Counted from the first letter of the stretch, positions 1 through 8,201 are shown. The stretch: 19,358 nt of DNA from an uncultured bacterium (GCA_964534375.1 CAZHPN010000121.1:1-19358), one strand, 5' to 3'. The notes: generated by a model from the sequence alone, not told the origin. Numbers and translations are program-made.

Positions 1-108
1 TTGCAAATCGGCCACAACGAATGCCTCGTCGATCCCCAATCGCCAAGGCGACGCGCGGTCGCCGTGGCGCGTGAATACAAGGACGCCTTCGGCGAGGTTC
101 TTTGGTGA
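1..108 (+). CDS. 3' end of an upstream CDS, product unknown (LQIGHNECLVDPQSPRRRAVAVAREYKDAFGEVLW*)
   Basis: Frame 1 is open from base 1 to TGA at 106-108 with mostly GC-ending codons; composition changes after the stop. Too short to assign a family. Confidence 0.5.
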   Translation: MQIGHNECLVDPQSPRRRAVAVAREYKDAFGEVLW

Positions 109-480
109 AAAATCGTGGTGCGGTCGGCTCTTAAAGGCAAGTATCAGCTAATCAGGGGGGGGCGCTGGTGCGCTCCGGGGACACCCGAGAACGGCGCGAA
201 GATGAGAACTATTCGTAATGATTCTGTCATCATTCCGCCGGCGTGAATCCGGGCATTGGCGAGGAACAATGTTGAATGCAGCGCTACGTATGGCACGCTG
301 GCCGCGAATTCCCTCGGGAATTCACGGAAAACCAGTTCCCGACGCAAGCCCTTCGCTCGGTCCCGCATTTCGCTTGCGCCGCGCTTCCGAGAAAGTGTAT
401 TAACCTTGGGTGATGAAAGCCGGCGAGGCGTGGTCCCCGGCCGTTTCCATCGTTGATTCAACGCAAACGAGACCAGCCGA

Positions 481-1512
481 ATGCCCGATCTGCCGCAGCC
501 GACAACGAACGCAGCGCCCATCGTCGCGGCTGATGCGGGCAAGCGAAAATGGCGCAATTTCCTCATCGCGCTCGCCAAGCTCGCCGTCGCGACGGCGCTT
601 GTGTATTGGCTGCTGCACAGCGGCCGCCTCGACTGGCGCGCGTACCGGCTGATCGTCGTCGATCGGCGCGCACTCGTCTGGATCGCCGCCGGCGCGGCTA
701 TGGTCTTCTGCGGTCAGGGATTGATGGCCTGGCGTCTGCAGCTCTTGCTGCGTCCGGAAATCGTCGTGTCGCGCCGCCGCGTGTTCGGCATCACGCTCCT
801 CGGCTCGTTCTGGAGCATGGTCCTGCCGGGCCTCGTCGGCGGCGACGCCGTCAAAGCGCTCTATTTGATCGGCGACGCCGAGCACAAACGGCCGCAGGCG
901 GTCGCCGCGATCGTTATGGACCGCGTGGTCGGCACCTACGGCTTGTTTGCGCTGGGCGTCCTCGGCGCCGCCCTCGCCTGGGCGACGGGTTCGTTTCCGG
1001 GCCATCGGCGGGCGTTGCTGCTCGCGCCGGCGTTGCTGCTCGGCGCGACGGGCGGCGTGTGGTTCGTCGGGCGCCTGGCGCGCAGCGGCCGGCCGGCCGT
1101 CGCCGCCGCGGCGGCGCATTTGCCCGCCTGGCTGCGCGGGTTCGGCCGGGCGTTGCGCGACTACGGCGACCGGCCGGACGTCCTGGCGAAGACGGTCGGG
1201 TTGTCGGCGCTCAACCACGCGACGATCGTCTTCAGCTTCATCGGCGCCGCGGCGTTGCTGCGCGACGCCTCGACGATCGCGCAGCACCTGGCGCTGTGCC
1301 CGCTGGGGATGACGATGAACATGGTCCCGTTGACGCCGGGCGGCATCGGCGTGGCCGAGAGCGCCTTTTCGTTTCTGTACGAGAGCGTCGGCTCGCCGCT
1401 GGGGGCGTCGATCGGCTTGCTCGGCCGGTTCATTCAGTATCTGTCTTTCCTGCTTCCCGGGATCGCGGCGCTGCTGCTGGCGCGTTTCGGCGCCCGGAGC
1501 GCCGGTGAGTGA
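481..1512 (+). CDS. Lysylphosphatidylglycerol synthase TM-domain / UPF0104 flippase-like membrane protein
   Basis: 343 aa with many hydrophobic helices; family-like motifs LPGLVGGDAVK, MDRVVG, VPLTPGGIGVAE. Confidence 0.85.
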   Translation: MPDLPQPTTNAAPIVAADAGKRKWRNFLIALAKLAVATALVYWLLHSGRLDWRAYRLIVVDRRALVWIAAGAAMVFCGQGLMAWRLQLLLRPEIVVSRRRVFGITLLGSFWSMVLPGLVGGDAVKALYLIGDAEHKRPQAVAAIVMDRVVGTYGLFALGVLGAALAWATGSFPGHRRALLLAPALLLGATGGVWFVGRLARSGRPAVAAAAAHLPAWLRGFGRALRDYGDRPDVLAKTVGLSALNHATIVFSFIGAAALLRDASTIAQHLALCPLGMTMNMVPLTPGGIGVAESAFSFLYESVGSPLGASIGLLGRFIQYLSFLLPGIAALLLARFGARSAGE

Positions 1513-1545
1513 TATGATATATTTTTTTGACAGGATCAACGGGAT

Positions 1546-1580
1546 CAGTGGCCAGTGAGCAGTGCGCAGTGAACAGTGAA
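1546..1580 (+). repeat. Tandem heptamer array, 5 x CAGTGNN
   Basis: CAGTGGC CAGTGAG CAGTGCG CAGTGAA CAGTGAA read directly. Confidence 0.9.
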
Positions 1581-1757
1581 CAATACGATCCTGCAAACGG
1601 TTCGACTTACTGGCCACTGACCGCTATTCACCGATGCTGTTGATCCGTCAAAAACAACGCCCGCTGAAGTTGAAATCGAAACCGCTCGGAGTTGTCGTTT
1701 TGCCTTGTGTTTACCGCGGTCTGCGCCGCTTTCCCACGATTTAGCCGGACACTAGCG

Positions 1758-1799
1758 CTCACTGTTCTCTGTTCACTGTTCATTGTTCACTGCTCACTT
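1758..1799 (-). repeat. Inverted heptamer array, 6 units, reverse complement of the 1546-1580 array
   Basis: CTCACTG TTCTCTG TTCACTG TTCATTG TTCACTG CTCACTT on the + strand. Confidence 0.9.
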
Positions 1800-1809
1800 C
1801 TCGCTGCCT

Positions 1810-1837
1810 TTGCATTCCGCCCGCCTTTTGCTAGATT
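1810..1837 (+). promoter_or_regulatory. Putative sigma70 promoter for kdsB-kdsD-arsM
   Basis: TTGCAT (1810-1815), 16 bp, TAGATT (1832-1837) with an extended -10 TG at 1829-1830; GAGGA RBS at 1856-1860. Confidence 0.5.
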
Positions 1838-1865
1838 GCCGCCAGTTTCCCTTACGAGGACCGAG

Positions 1866-2639
1866 TTGAAAATTGCGGCCGTCATCCCTGCCCGCTACGC
1901 CAGCGCGCGGCTGCCCGGCAAACCGTTGGCCGACATCCACGGCCGGCCGATGATCGTGCGCGTGTACGAACGCGTGGCGCGGCACGCGGGCCTCGCCGCC
2001 GTGATCGTCGCGACCGACGACGAACGCATCGCCGCCGCGGTGCGCGCCGTGGGCGGCGAGGCGACGCTGACCCGCGCGGATTGCGCCAGCGGCACGGACC
2101 GCGTGGCCGAGGTCGCGGCGCGCCTCGACGCCGACCTCGTGGTCAACGTGCAGGGCGACGAGCCGCTATTCGACCCGCGGATGCTCGACGATGCGCTGGC
2201 GCCGTTCGCCGGCGATCCGCGCCTGCGCTTCGGCACGGTGCGGGCGGCGATCGCGGACGAGGCCGAAATTTTCGACCCGAATTGCGTCAAGGTGATCGTC
2301 GACGCGCGCGACCGGGCGATCTATTTTTCGCGCGCGCCGATCCCCTACCCGCGCGACCTGCTCGAAGCGCGCGACGGCCGGCCGGCGTTTCGCCGCGACG
2401 CGCTTCGCCCGCCGTATTTCAAGCATCTCGGGCTGTACGTTTACCGCCGCGATTTTCTGCTCGCGTACGCCAGCTGGCCGCCGTCGGCCCTCGAGAAAAT
2501 CGAGAAGCTCGAACAATTGCGCGCGCTGGAGCGCGGCGTCGAAATCGCCTGTCCGCTCACGCCGCACGGGACGATCAGCGTCGACACGCCGGCCGATCTC
2601 GAAGCCGTGCGCCGGTTGTCGGCCCCGGCCGGCGCCTGA
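1866..2639 (+). CDS. kdsB: 3-deoxy-manno-octulosonate cytidylyltransferase (CMP-Kdo synthetase)
   Basis: IPARYASARLPGKPL, SGTDR, VNVQGDEP, IYFSRAPIP, KHLGLYVY, EKLEQLRALE, VDTPADL. Start moved from 1692 to TTG 1866 (RBS, family N-terminus). Confidence 0.96.
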   Translation: MKIAAVIPARYASARLPGKPLADIHGRPMIVRVYERVARHAGLAAVIVATDDERIAAAVRAVGGEATLTRADCASGTDRVAEVAARLDADLVVNVQGDEPLFDPRMLDDALAPFAGDPRLRFGTVRAAIADEAEIFDPNCVKVIVDARDRAIYFSRAPIPYPRDLLEARDGRPAFRRDALRPPYFKHLGLYVYRRDFLLAYASWPPSALEKIEKLEQLRALERGVEIACPLTPHGTISVDTPADLEAVRRLSAPAGA

Positions 2640-2651
2640 AGGAATTCACGC

Positions 2652-3620
2652 ATGACCGCCAGAGAACGCGCTCAACGGGTTTTGCAGATCGAACGCGACG
2701 CCATCGCCGCCATGGCCGCGCGGCTCGACGAACAATTCGACCGCGCCGTGGCGATTCTGCTCGCCTGCCGGGGCAAAATTGTCGTCATCGGCATGGGCAA
2801 GTCCGGCCTCATCGGCGCCAAAATTGCCGCGACGATGGCCAGCACCGGCTCGCCCGCTGTCTTTCTGCACGCCGCCGAGGCCGCGCACGGCGACCTCGGG
2901 CTCGTGCACAAATCCGACGCCGCGCTGGTCATCTCCAACAGCGGCGAGACCGAGGAAATCCTCGCGCTGCTCCCCGCGCTGCGCCGCCTCGGCGCGCCCA
3001 TCGTCGCCCTCACCGGCGCGCCGGAAAGCCGCCTGGCGCAGGCCGCCGATGCTGCGCTCGACGCCGGCGTGGCCGAAGAGGCGTGCCCGCTCGGCCTCGC
3101 GCCGACGGCGAGCACGACCGCGCAACTGGCGCTGGGCGACGCGCTGGCCGTGGCGCTGCTCGAACAGCGCGGCTTTTCCGCCGAGGATTTCGCGCGCGTC
3201 CACCCCGCCGGCAAGTTGGGCAAACGCCTGCTGACGCGCGTCAGCGACCTGATGCACGGCGGCGACGCCCTGCCCCGCGTCGCGCTCGACCGGCCGATGA
3301 TGCAGGTGCTCATGGAAATGAGCGCGAAGCGCCTGGGCACGACGGTCGTGGAAAACGCCGCCGGCGAACTGGCCGGCGTCATCACCGACGGCGACCTGCG
3401 CCGCGCGTTGCAGAAATACGGCGATCTGTCGTCGCACACGGCGCAAGAGGTGATGACGGTCGATCCGAAGCTGGTCGCGGCCGACGCGCTGGCCGCCCAC
3501 GCGGCGCTGCTGATGGAGCAAAACCGCGTCAGCGCCTTGTTGGTGCACGACGGCGCCGATCGGCGCCGCATCGTCGGCATTGTCCACCTGCACGATCTGA
3601 TGATCGCCGGGATCATTTGA
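2652..3620 (+). CDS. kdsD: Arabinose-5-phosphate isomerase, KpsF/GutQ family (SIS + CBS pair)
   Basis: GMGKSG, EAAHGDLG, SNSGETEE, EACPLGLAPTASTT, HPAGKLG, ITDGDLRR, VHLHDL; adjacent to kdsB. Confidence 0.95.
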   Translation: MTARERAQRVLQIERDAIAAMAARLDEQFDRAVAILLACRGKIVVIGMGKSGLIGAKIAATMASTGSPAVFLHAAEAAHGDLGLVHKSDAALVISNSGETEEILALLPALRRLGAPIVALTGAPESRLAQAADAALDAGVAEEACPLGLAPTASTTAQLALGDALAVALLEQRGFSAEDFARVHPAGKLGKRLLTRVSDLMHGGDALPRVALDRPMMQVLMEMSAKRLGTTVVENAAGELAGVITDGDLRRALQKYGDLSSHTAQEVMTVDPKLVAADALAAHAALLMEQNRVSALLVHDGADRRRIVGIVHLHDLMIAGII

Positions 3621-3627
3621 GGCTTTG

Positions 3628-4470
3628 ATGAGCCGGAAGAACGACGAAATTCGCCAAGCGGTGTCGGAATTCTACGTCAAAGAGGTTGCGGCGCCCGGCA
3701 AGTGCTGTTGCGGCGGCGCGCCCATGCCGAAGGGCGTGGCCGCGAAGGTCGCGGGATACAGCGCCGAGGAGTTGGCGGCGCTGCCGCCGGACGCCGTGTG
3801 CAATTCGTTCGGCTGCGGCAATCCGCTCGCGTTCAGCGAGGTGCGCGAGGGCGACGCGGTGCTCGACCTTGGCTCGGGCGCGGGCATCGACATCCTGCTG
3901 GCGGCGAAAAAAGTCGGGCCGCGCGGCCGCGCGATCGGCATCGACATGACCGACGAAATGCTCGCCAAGGCGCGCGAGAACATCGCCGCGGCAAGGCTGA
4001 CCAACGCCGAAGTGCGCAAGGGAATCATCGAAGAACTGCCGGTCGCCGACGCCTCCGTCGATTGGGTCATTTCGAATTGCGTCATCAACCTGTCGCCCGA
4101 GAAACCGCGCGTCTTCGCGGAAATCGCCCGCGTGCTCAAGCCGGGCGGCCGGATGCTGGTTTCCGACATTGTCGTCGAGGATTTGCCGGACTGGGTTCGC
4201 CGAAGCGCCGCGCTCTACGGCTCGTGCGTGGCGGGCGCGATCGGCGAAGACGAATACCTCGCCGGCTTGCGCGCCGCCGGCCTCGTCGACGCCGCGGTGC
4301 GCGAGCGGCTGGTCTACGACACGGCGCAACTTCGGGCCGTCATCGCCTCGGAGATTCCCGAACCTTCCTGCGGCTGCGACCCCAGCCCGGAATTGGTGAA
4401 TGAGGTCGCCGCGTCGTTGAGCGAAAAAATCTGGAGTGCGAAGATATTCGCCCGCAAACCGGTCGCGTAG
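3628..4470 (+). CDS. arsM: Arsenite S-adenosylmethionine methyltransferase-like protein
   Basis: SFGCGNP, VLDLGSGAGID, GIDMTDEML, ISNCVINL, GSCVAGA, N-terminal CCC; ATG 3628 follows GAGG. Confidence 0.82.
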   Translation: MSRKNDEIRQAVSEFYVKEVAAPGKCCCGGAPMPKGVAAKVAGYSAEELAALPPDAVCNSFGCGNPLAFSEVREGDAVLDLGSGAGIDILLAAKKVGPRGRAIGIDMTDEMLAKARENIAAARLTNAEVRKGIIEELPVADASVDWVISNCVINLSPEKPRVFAEIARVLKPGGRMLVSDIVVEDLPDWVRRSAALYGSCVAGAIGEDEYLAGLRAAGLVDAAVRERLVYDTAQLRAVIASEIPEPSCGCDPSPELVNEVAASLSEKIWSAKIFARKPVA

Positions 4471-4551
4471 GTTGCAAAAGCGCCGGATTGGGCGTCATCG
4501 AGGCCGTCCTCCGAAGCATACCTGGTCTTGCTGCTCGGACAGTCTCTACGG

Positions 4552-5248
4552 TTACTGATTGTTTATTTTGGCTTCGACGTCCTTCAGCACTTCCACGATC
4601 TCCGAAAACGCAGGCGGAAGCTGGTCGAACATGCCCGAGTTCTCCATCTCCTTGAAATCCTGTGCGAGGTCGGCGAGCAGCGTTTCGTCTGGCACGAGTC
4701 GAAGGCCTCCTGAAAGGCACTCATCGTAATTCGCGTGGCCAGAGTGGAAGAAGACTTTCTTGTGGTCGACAACGTCCTTCAGGAGGGCGCGGTCCGCCAT
4801 CGCCTCCTGACCTATTACATTTCGATAAAGCATCACCAGATCGTACCAATGCCGGGACTTACGGCTGCGGTCCATTTCTCTCTTGTCGTTGCACTCCACG
4901 TGGATGAGGGTTGCCATCTCCCAGAAGGAGCGTTTCGGGGAAAACACCGAGACGCGCGCTGTGGGGAATTCCAATGCAGTGACGAGTTCGGCTAGGTCTG
5001 ATCGAATAACATGCACTTCGCTTGGTTCCGTGGCGTTGCGACCGCCGAACTCAACGAGAATTTGGTCCTGGACATAGCCCGATGATGCTTTCAATCCGGG
5101 GCAGACCTTCTATGCCGAAGAGTTTCTCCAACACCCAGCAAAGCCACACGTCCTTCTGGAGGATCGTTGCGGATCGCCCGAGTCGGGCGGCTGCGCCGTT
5201 CAGGATGTCGGCCTGCTCACCGAGAGGCAGGCGCAGGAACTCCGTCAT
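4552..5248 (-). pseudogene. AbiEii-family nucleotidyltransferase toxin, internally deleted and frameshifted
   Basis: The N-terminal 51 codons (MTEFLRL...QKDVWLCWVL...LPR, 5248-5096) join out of frame at ~5095 to the C-terminal 180 aa (ILVEFGGRN, RSFWEMATLIH, SRHWYDL). No GGT or RFSEDxD motif in either piece. Confidence 0.85.
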
Positions 5249-5867
5249 CAGCGGTCTCCTTCTCGTAGTTGGCAAACGTCGTTCGCAACCACCCAGGCAT
5301 CATGGAAATGGCAGAGAGCAACCGGTCGTACTCCTGCTCCGTCAACGTGGATCGAACCTGCGCGATAGTGGCCAGAGAGACTGACTTTTTCCCCAAATAC
5401 CACAGCGCAGTCAACGCAATCCCCGCCGGGTGACCGACTAAGTAGAGTTTCCTTGGACTGATATGCTTCAGCAAGACCTCCATCTTGCCGAGCCTGAACC
5501 GCCGTGTGGGCCCGCTCGTGTAGAAGACGGGGGTGATCGGCACTTGCGTGGTCAGTCCCATTCGTCGGGCCGCCTCGGCGCCGTGAACCTGCACAGCCGC
5601 CCCCGTTTCCCTGGCGATGGCCTCGGCGACCTTTTGGGGTTCAGGAGCAACCTCTCCGACATACCGGTTTATCTTGGGGCGAACGTAGACGCCCCTGACG
5701 GGACGGGAGAGCAAACCCGCCTTAACCATTCGCGTCAACGTCTGGTCGACGGCCGCCCGGCTCCCGAGAGAAAGGAATCTCCGCGTCGTAAAGGGCTCTC
5801 CGTACGGGAGCCTCTTCACCACGTTGCCGATCAACAGGGCCGTGTTATGTGGTTGCTTGCAGCTCAT
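5217..5867 (-). CDS. AbiEi-like antitoxin / DUF6088-type transcriptional regulator
   Basis: wHTH-like FLSLGSRAAVDQTLTRMVK...RGVYVRPK, plus GAEAARRMGLTTQVP and FYTSGPTR; 3' end overlaps the toxin start. Start set at ATG 5867 just after the promoter. Confidence 0.85.
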   Translation of the reverse strand: MSCKQPHNTALLIGNVVKRLPYGEPFTTRRFLSLGSRAAVDQTLTRMVKAGLLSRPVRGVYVRPKINRYVGEVAPEPQKVAEAIARETGAAVQVHGAEAARRMGLTTQVPITPVFYTSGPTRRFRLGKMEVLLKHISPRKLYLVGHPAGIALTALWYLGKKSVSLATIAQVRSTLTEQEYDRLLSAISMMPGWLRTTFANYEKETADDGVPAPASR

Positions 5868-5903
5868 GTCAGATAAATTATATCTTTTTCTGACAAGAGT
5901 CAA
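5867..5903 (-). promoter_or_regulatory. AbiE promoter with overlapping 11-bp inverted repeat (putative operator)
   Basis: Minus strand TTGACT (5903-5898), 17 bp, TAATTT (5880-5875; overlapping TATAAT at 5882-5877). IR arms TGTCAGATAAA (5867-5877) and TTTTTCTGACA (5885-5895), 10/11 match. Confidence 0.72.
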
Positions 5904-6072
5904 GCGATCCTCTACTTGGCGTGGCGCCTTCACCCGATGCGCTGACACGACGCGAGATTCGCTCTCCTCCCCGAATAAACGCCCATTCCTCAGGGGTTAT
6001 TTTCAAACTCGCGGCCGGGATCCCCGATCTGCTCCGCAACCCTCGGCGCCGGGAAACGCTTCGTCCGGCGGT

Positions 6073-6100
6073 TTGACCCCGGAAAATTCGCATGCACAAT
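6073..6100 (+). promoter_or_regulatory. Possible sigma70 promoter upstream of arsC
   Basis: TTGACC (6073-6078), 16 bp, CACAAT (6095-6100). Confidence 0.35.
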
Positions 6101-6201
6101 GGAGCCAAAATAAGACTCGGCGGACAGCGGCGCAGGCCGGTGATTCGCGAAGGAGTGTGTGGGTGAAGAATCGCGCGATGGTCCACGGAGACGATAAGCC
6201 C

Positions 6202-6630
6202 GTGAAAAAACGCGTGCTGTTTTTGTGCACCGCAAACCGTTGCCGATCGCAACTGGCCGAGGCGCTGGTGAACCGCGACCTCGGCGACCGCTTCGAAGCC
6301 TTTTCCGCCGGCACGAACCCGAAGACGCCGCATCCGCTCGCGCTCAAGGTTCTGGCGGAAATCGGCATCGACCATGCCGCCGCGCGCAGCAAGCACCTGC
6401 GGGAGTTTGACGGGCAAACGTTCGACTACGTTGTCACGCTGTGCGACGAGGCGAACGAATCGTGCCCGGTTTTTCTCGGCGGAACGACGCGGATCCACAT
6501 CGGCGTCGAGAATCCGGACGACGCCGCGGGCTCCGAAGAGGAGCGAATGATCGTCTTTCGCCGCGTCCGCGACTGGCTGCGAGAACACGTCGAGGCGCGA
6601 CTTTGCCAGGAAGAGAAGAATCGAAAATGA
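6202..6630 (+). CDS. arsC: Arsenate reductase, thioredoxin-coupled LMW-PTP fold
   Basis: P-loop FLCTANRCRSQLAEA, SAGT, resolving Cys pair TLCDEANESCPVF, FRRVRD. Start GTG 6202 (ATG 6178 is an alternative). Confidence 0.88.
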   Translation: MKKRVLFLCTANRCRSQLAEALVNRDLGDRFEAFSAGTNPKTPHPLALKVLAEIGIDHAAARSKHLREFDGQTFDYVVTLCDEANESCPVFLGGTTRIHIGVENPDDAAGSEEERMIVFRRVRDWLREHVEARLCQEEKNRK

Positions 6631-6776
6631 GTCCAACCCACGATTCGCCGGCCGAGGCCGCCGCGCTGTTCGCCGCGGGATACAATTGCGCGCAATCGGT
6701 TTGCGCCACGTGCGCGATCCGCGGCAGTTCGCGCTTGGCCTCGTTCCCGCGCTTTATCGAAAGCCGGTCATCCTGA
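6627..6776 (+). pseudogene. Truncated C-GCAxxG-C-C family redox protein (N-terminus only)
   Basis: ATGA overlap with the arsC stop; AAALFAAGYNCAQSV matches the family N-terminal motif, but the CGAxxG core is absent and the frame ends after 49 aa. Confidence 0.7.
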
Positions 6777-7153
6777 GCGACGGCGCTGTCCCGCGGCGGG
6801 AACGGCCGAGTTTCTGGGCCGATTGAACGGAATGAAATCGCGCCTCAAAGCGGCCGCGATCGACGACCTCGGACGGGTGAATTACGCCGCGTGAAAACCT
6901 CGGACGCGTTTCAAGAATTGCGCGCGGCCGCAGCGTTGCTGCGGTCGTTCGATCCCGGAACGTTGGCCGACGATCCGGAACGCCTGGCGTTCTGGCTCAA
7001 CATCTACAATGTGCTGGCGATTCACCGCGTGATTGCATGGCGCGTCCGCGAGCCGGTAATGGAAACGCCGACCTTTTTCGGCGTGGTTCCGTATCGCGTC
7101 GGCGGGCACATCTTTACTCCCGTTACGACTGGTCGCTCAATCGTCTAGCGTAG
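6730..7153 (+). pseudogene. DUF547-domain protein, frameshifted and internally deleted (5' boundary approximate)
   Basis: LKAAAIDDLGRVNYAA (frameshift at ~6891), then ERLAFWLNIYNVLAIH...YRVGGHIFT, then an out-of-frame jump at ~7120 to the family C-terminus RYDWSLNRLA* (7121-7153). Confidence 0.8.
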
Positions 7154-7167
7154 GGCAAGAGGGTCGA

Positions 7168-8013
7168 TTACCGTCTCTCCGCCGTCGCGATTCGCACGTC
7201 CTTGAGCATCCGCTTCATGTCGGCGAACGCGGCGGAAAGCCTGATGGCAATTCCCGCCAGATCGTCATCCTGGACGACGGTGAAGCCGAACGCTGCCAGC
7301 AAGGTGTGCATTTCATCCGCGGTGAACGCCGACCGAAAGGGCTCGCCCAACAGGCTAAGGAAAAGCCCGAGGATCTGCCGGATGACGGCGGGGCACTGAT
7401 ACACGACAATCAGGCGGCTCCCCGGCGCCGAGCGCGCCTCGACAACTCGCAGCGTCGCCTCGATGTCGGCGCGCGCGAGATACATGACGACCCCTTCCCA
7501 CACCCACGTCGTCTGGCGCGCCGGATCGTGTCCGGCCGACGCGAGCGCGTCCGCGAGGCGGTCGCGAGTGAAGTCGACCGGCACGAAACGAACGTCGCGC
7601 GCGGCTGGCTGCAACGACGCGGCGCGCTCCCGCTTCACGCGCTGCGAATCGGGATGGTCCACCTCGAACACGGTCGCGTCGGCGAGTTCCGGCATTCGCC
7701 ACGCCCGCCCGTCCAGACCGGCGCCGAGGATGACGACCTGCGACGACGCGGCGGCGCGTATCGCCCCATCGATCGCAACGGTGCGGGCGACCATCATCTT
7801 CGACCGCTTCTCGATGATTGCATGCCGAATACGCTCACGCAGGCTGCCCGGCGGCGCGCCCGAGCGGAACCGCTCGACGCGCTGCCGAGCGTCCTCCGGG
7901 AGCAGCGCGAGCGCGGTCGGGTCGGCGAACGCGGCCACGTCGGTCCTGCCATGCGCCGCCGCTCGCGCCGCGCAAACCATGACGGCGGTCTGGCTCTCGT
8001 GCCCGGGTTTCAT
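7168..8013 (-). CDS. Class I SAM-dependent methyltransferase, leucine carboxyl methyltransferase-like family
   Basis: ARTVAIDGAI, QVVILGAGLDGRAWRM, FEVDHP, VPVDF, WEGVVMYL; GGAGG RBS upstream. Confidence 0.9.
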   Translation of the reverse strand: MKPGHESQTAVMVCAARAAAHGRTDVAAFADPTALALLPEDARQRVERFRSGAPPGSLRERIRHAIIEKRSKMMVARTVAIDGAIRAAASSQVVILGAGLDGRAWRMPELADATVFEVDHPDSQRVKRERAASLQPAARDVRFVPVDFTRDRLADALASAGHDPARQTTWVWEGVVMYLARADIEATLRVVEARSAPGSRLIVVYQCPAVIRQILGLFLSLLGEPFRSAFTADEMHTLLAAFGFTVVQDDDLAGIAIRLSAAFADMKRMLKDVRIATAERR

Positions 8014-8201
8014 GTGAACCTCCTGCGCCCGGAGACCGGGGCGAATTCCACGCCGGCCATGCTATCGCTTTCTTCGATGTTTACAACTGGAAATAATCGT
8101 TGGAGGCGCCTTTTTCGATGAGTCAGGGCCGCGCCGGCTCGAGGTTCAGGGCGTTGCCGGAAAGGCGGCGCGGCCCCGCAATTGACGGCGGCGCCCGACG
8201 G

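Noticed and set aside
201..231. AT-rich imperfect palindrome resembling a Fur box
   Set aside because: Poor match to GATAATGATAATCATTATC, far from the next start, and no iron-related gene follows.
291..305. Sigma54-like TGGCACG-N4-CCGC site
   Set aside because: GG-N10-GC spacing is right but the TT before GC is missing; plausible by chance in GC-rich DNA.
412..450. Hairpin beginning GATGAAA, considered as a ribozyme or riboswitch
   Set aside because: No CUGAUGA/GAAA hammerhead core or riboswitch motif that I recognise.
1692..1865. Hydrophobic N-terminal extension of KdsB in the ORF track
   Set aside because: It is the translation of the heptamer array and promoter; RBS and family N-terminus support TTG 1866.
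6891..6894. TGA in DUF547 as a possible selenocysteine codon
   Set aside because: Read-through gives unrelated sequence (KPRTRF); homology continues in another frame, so it is a frameshift.
8126..8176. Perfect 11-bp IR GGGCCGCGCCG / CGGCGCGGCCC between divergent genes
   Set aside because: All-GC arms with a 29-nt gap are likely by chance; no U-tract and no second copy.
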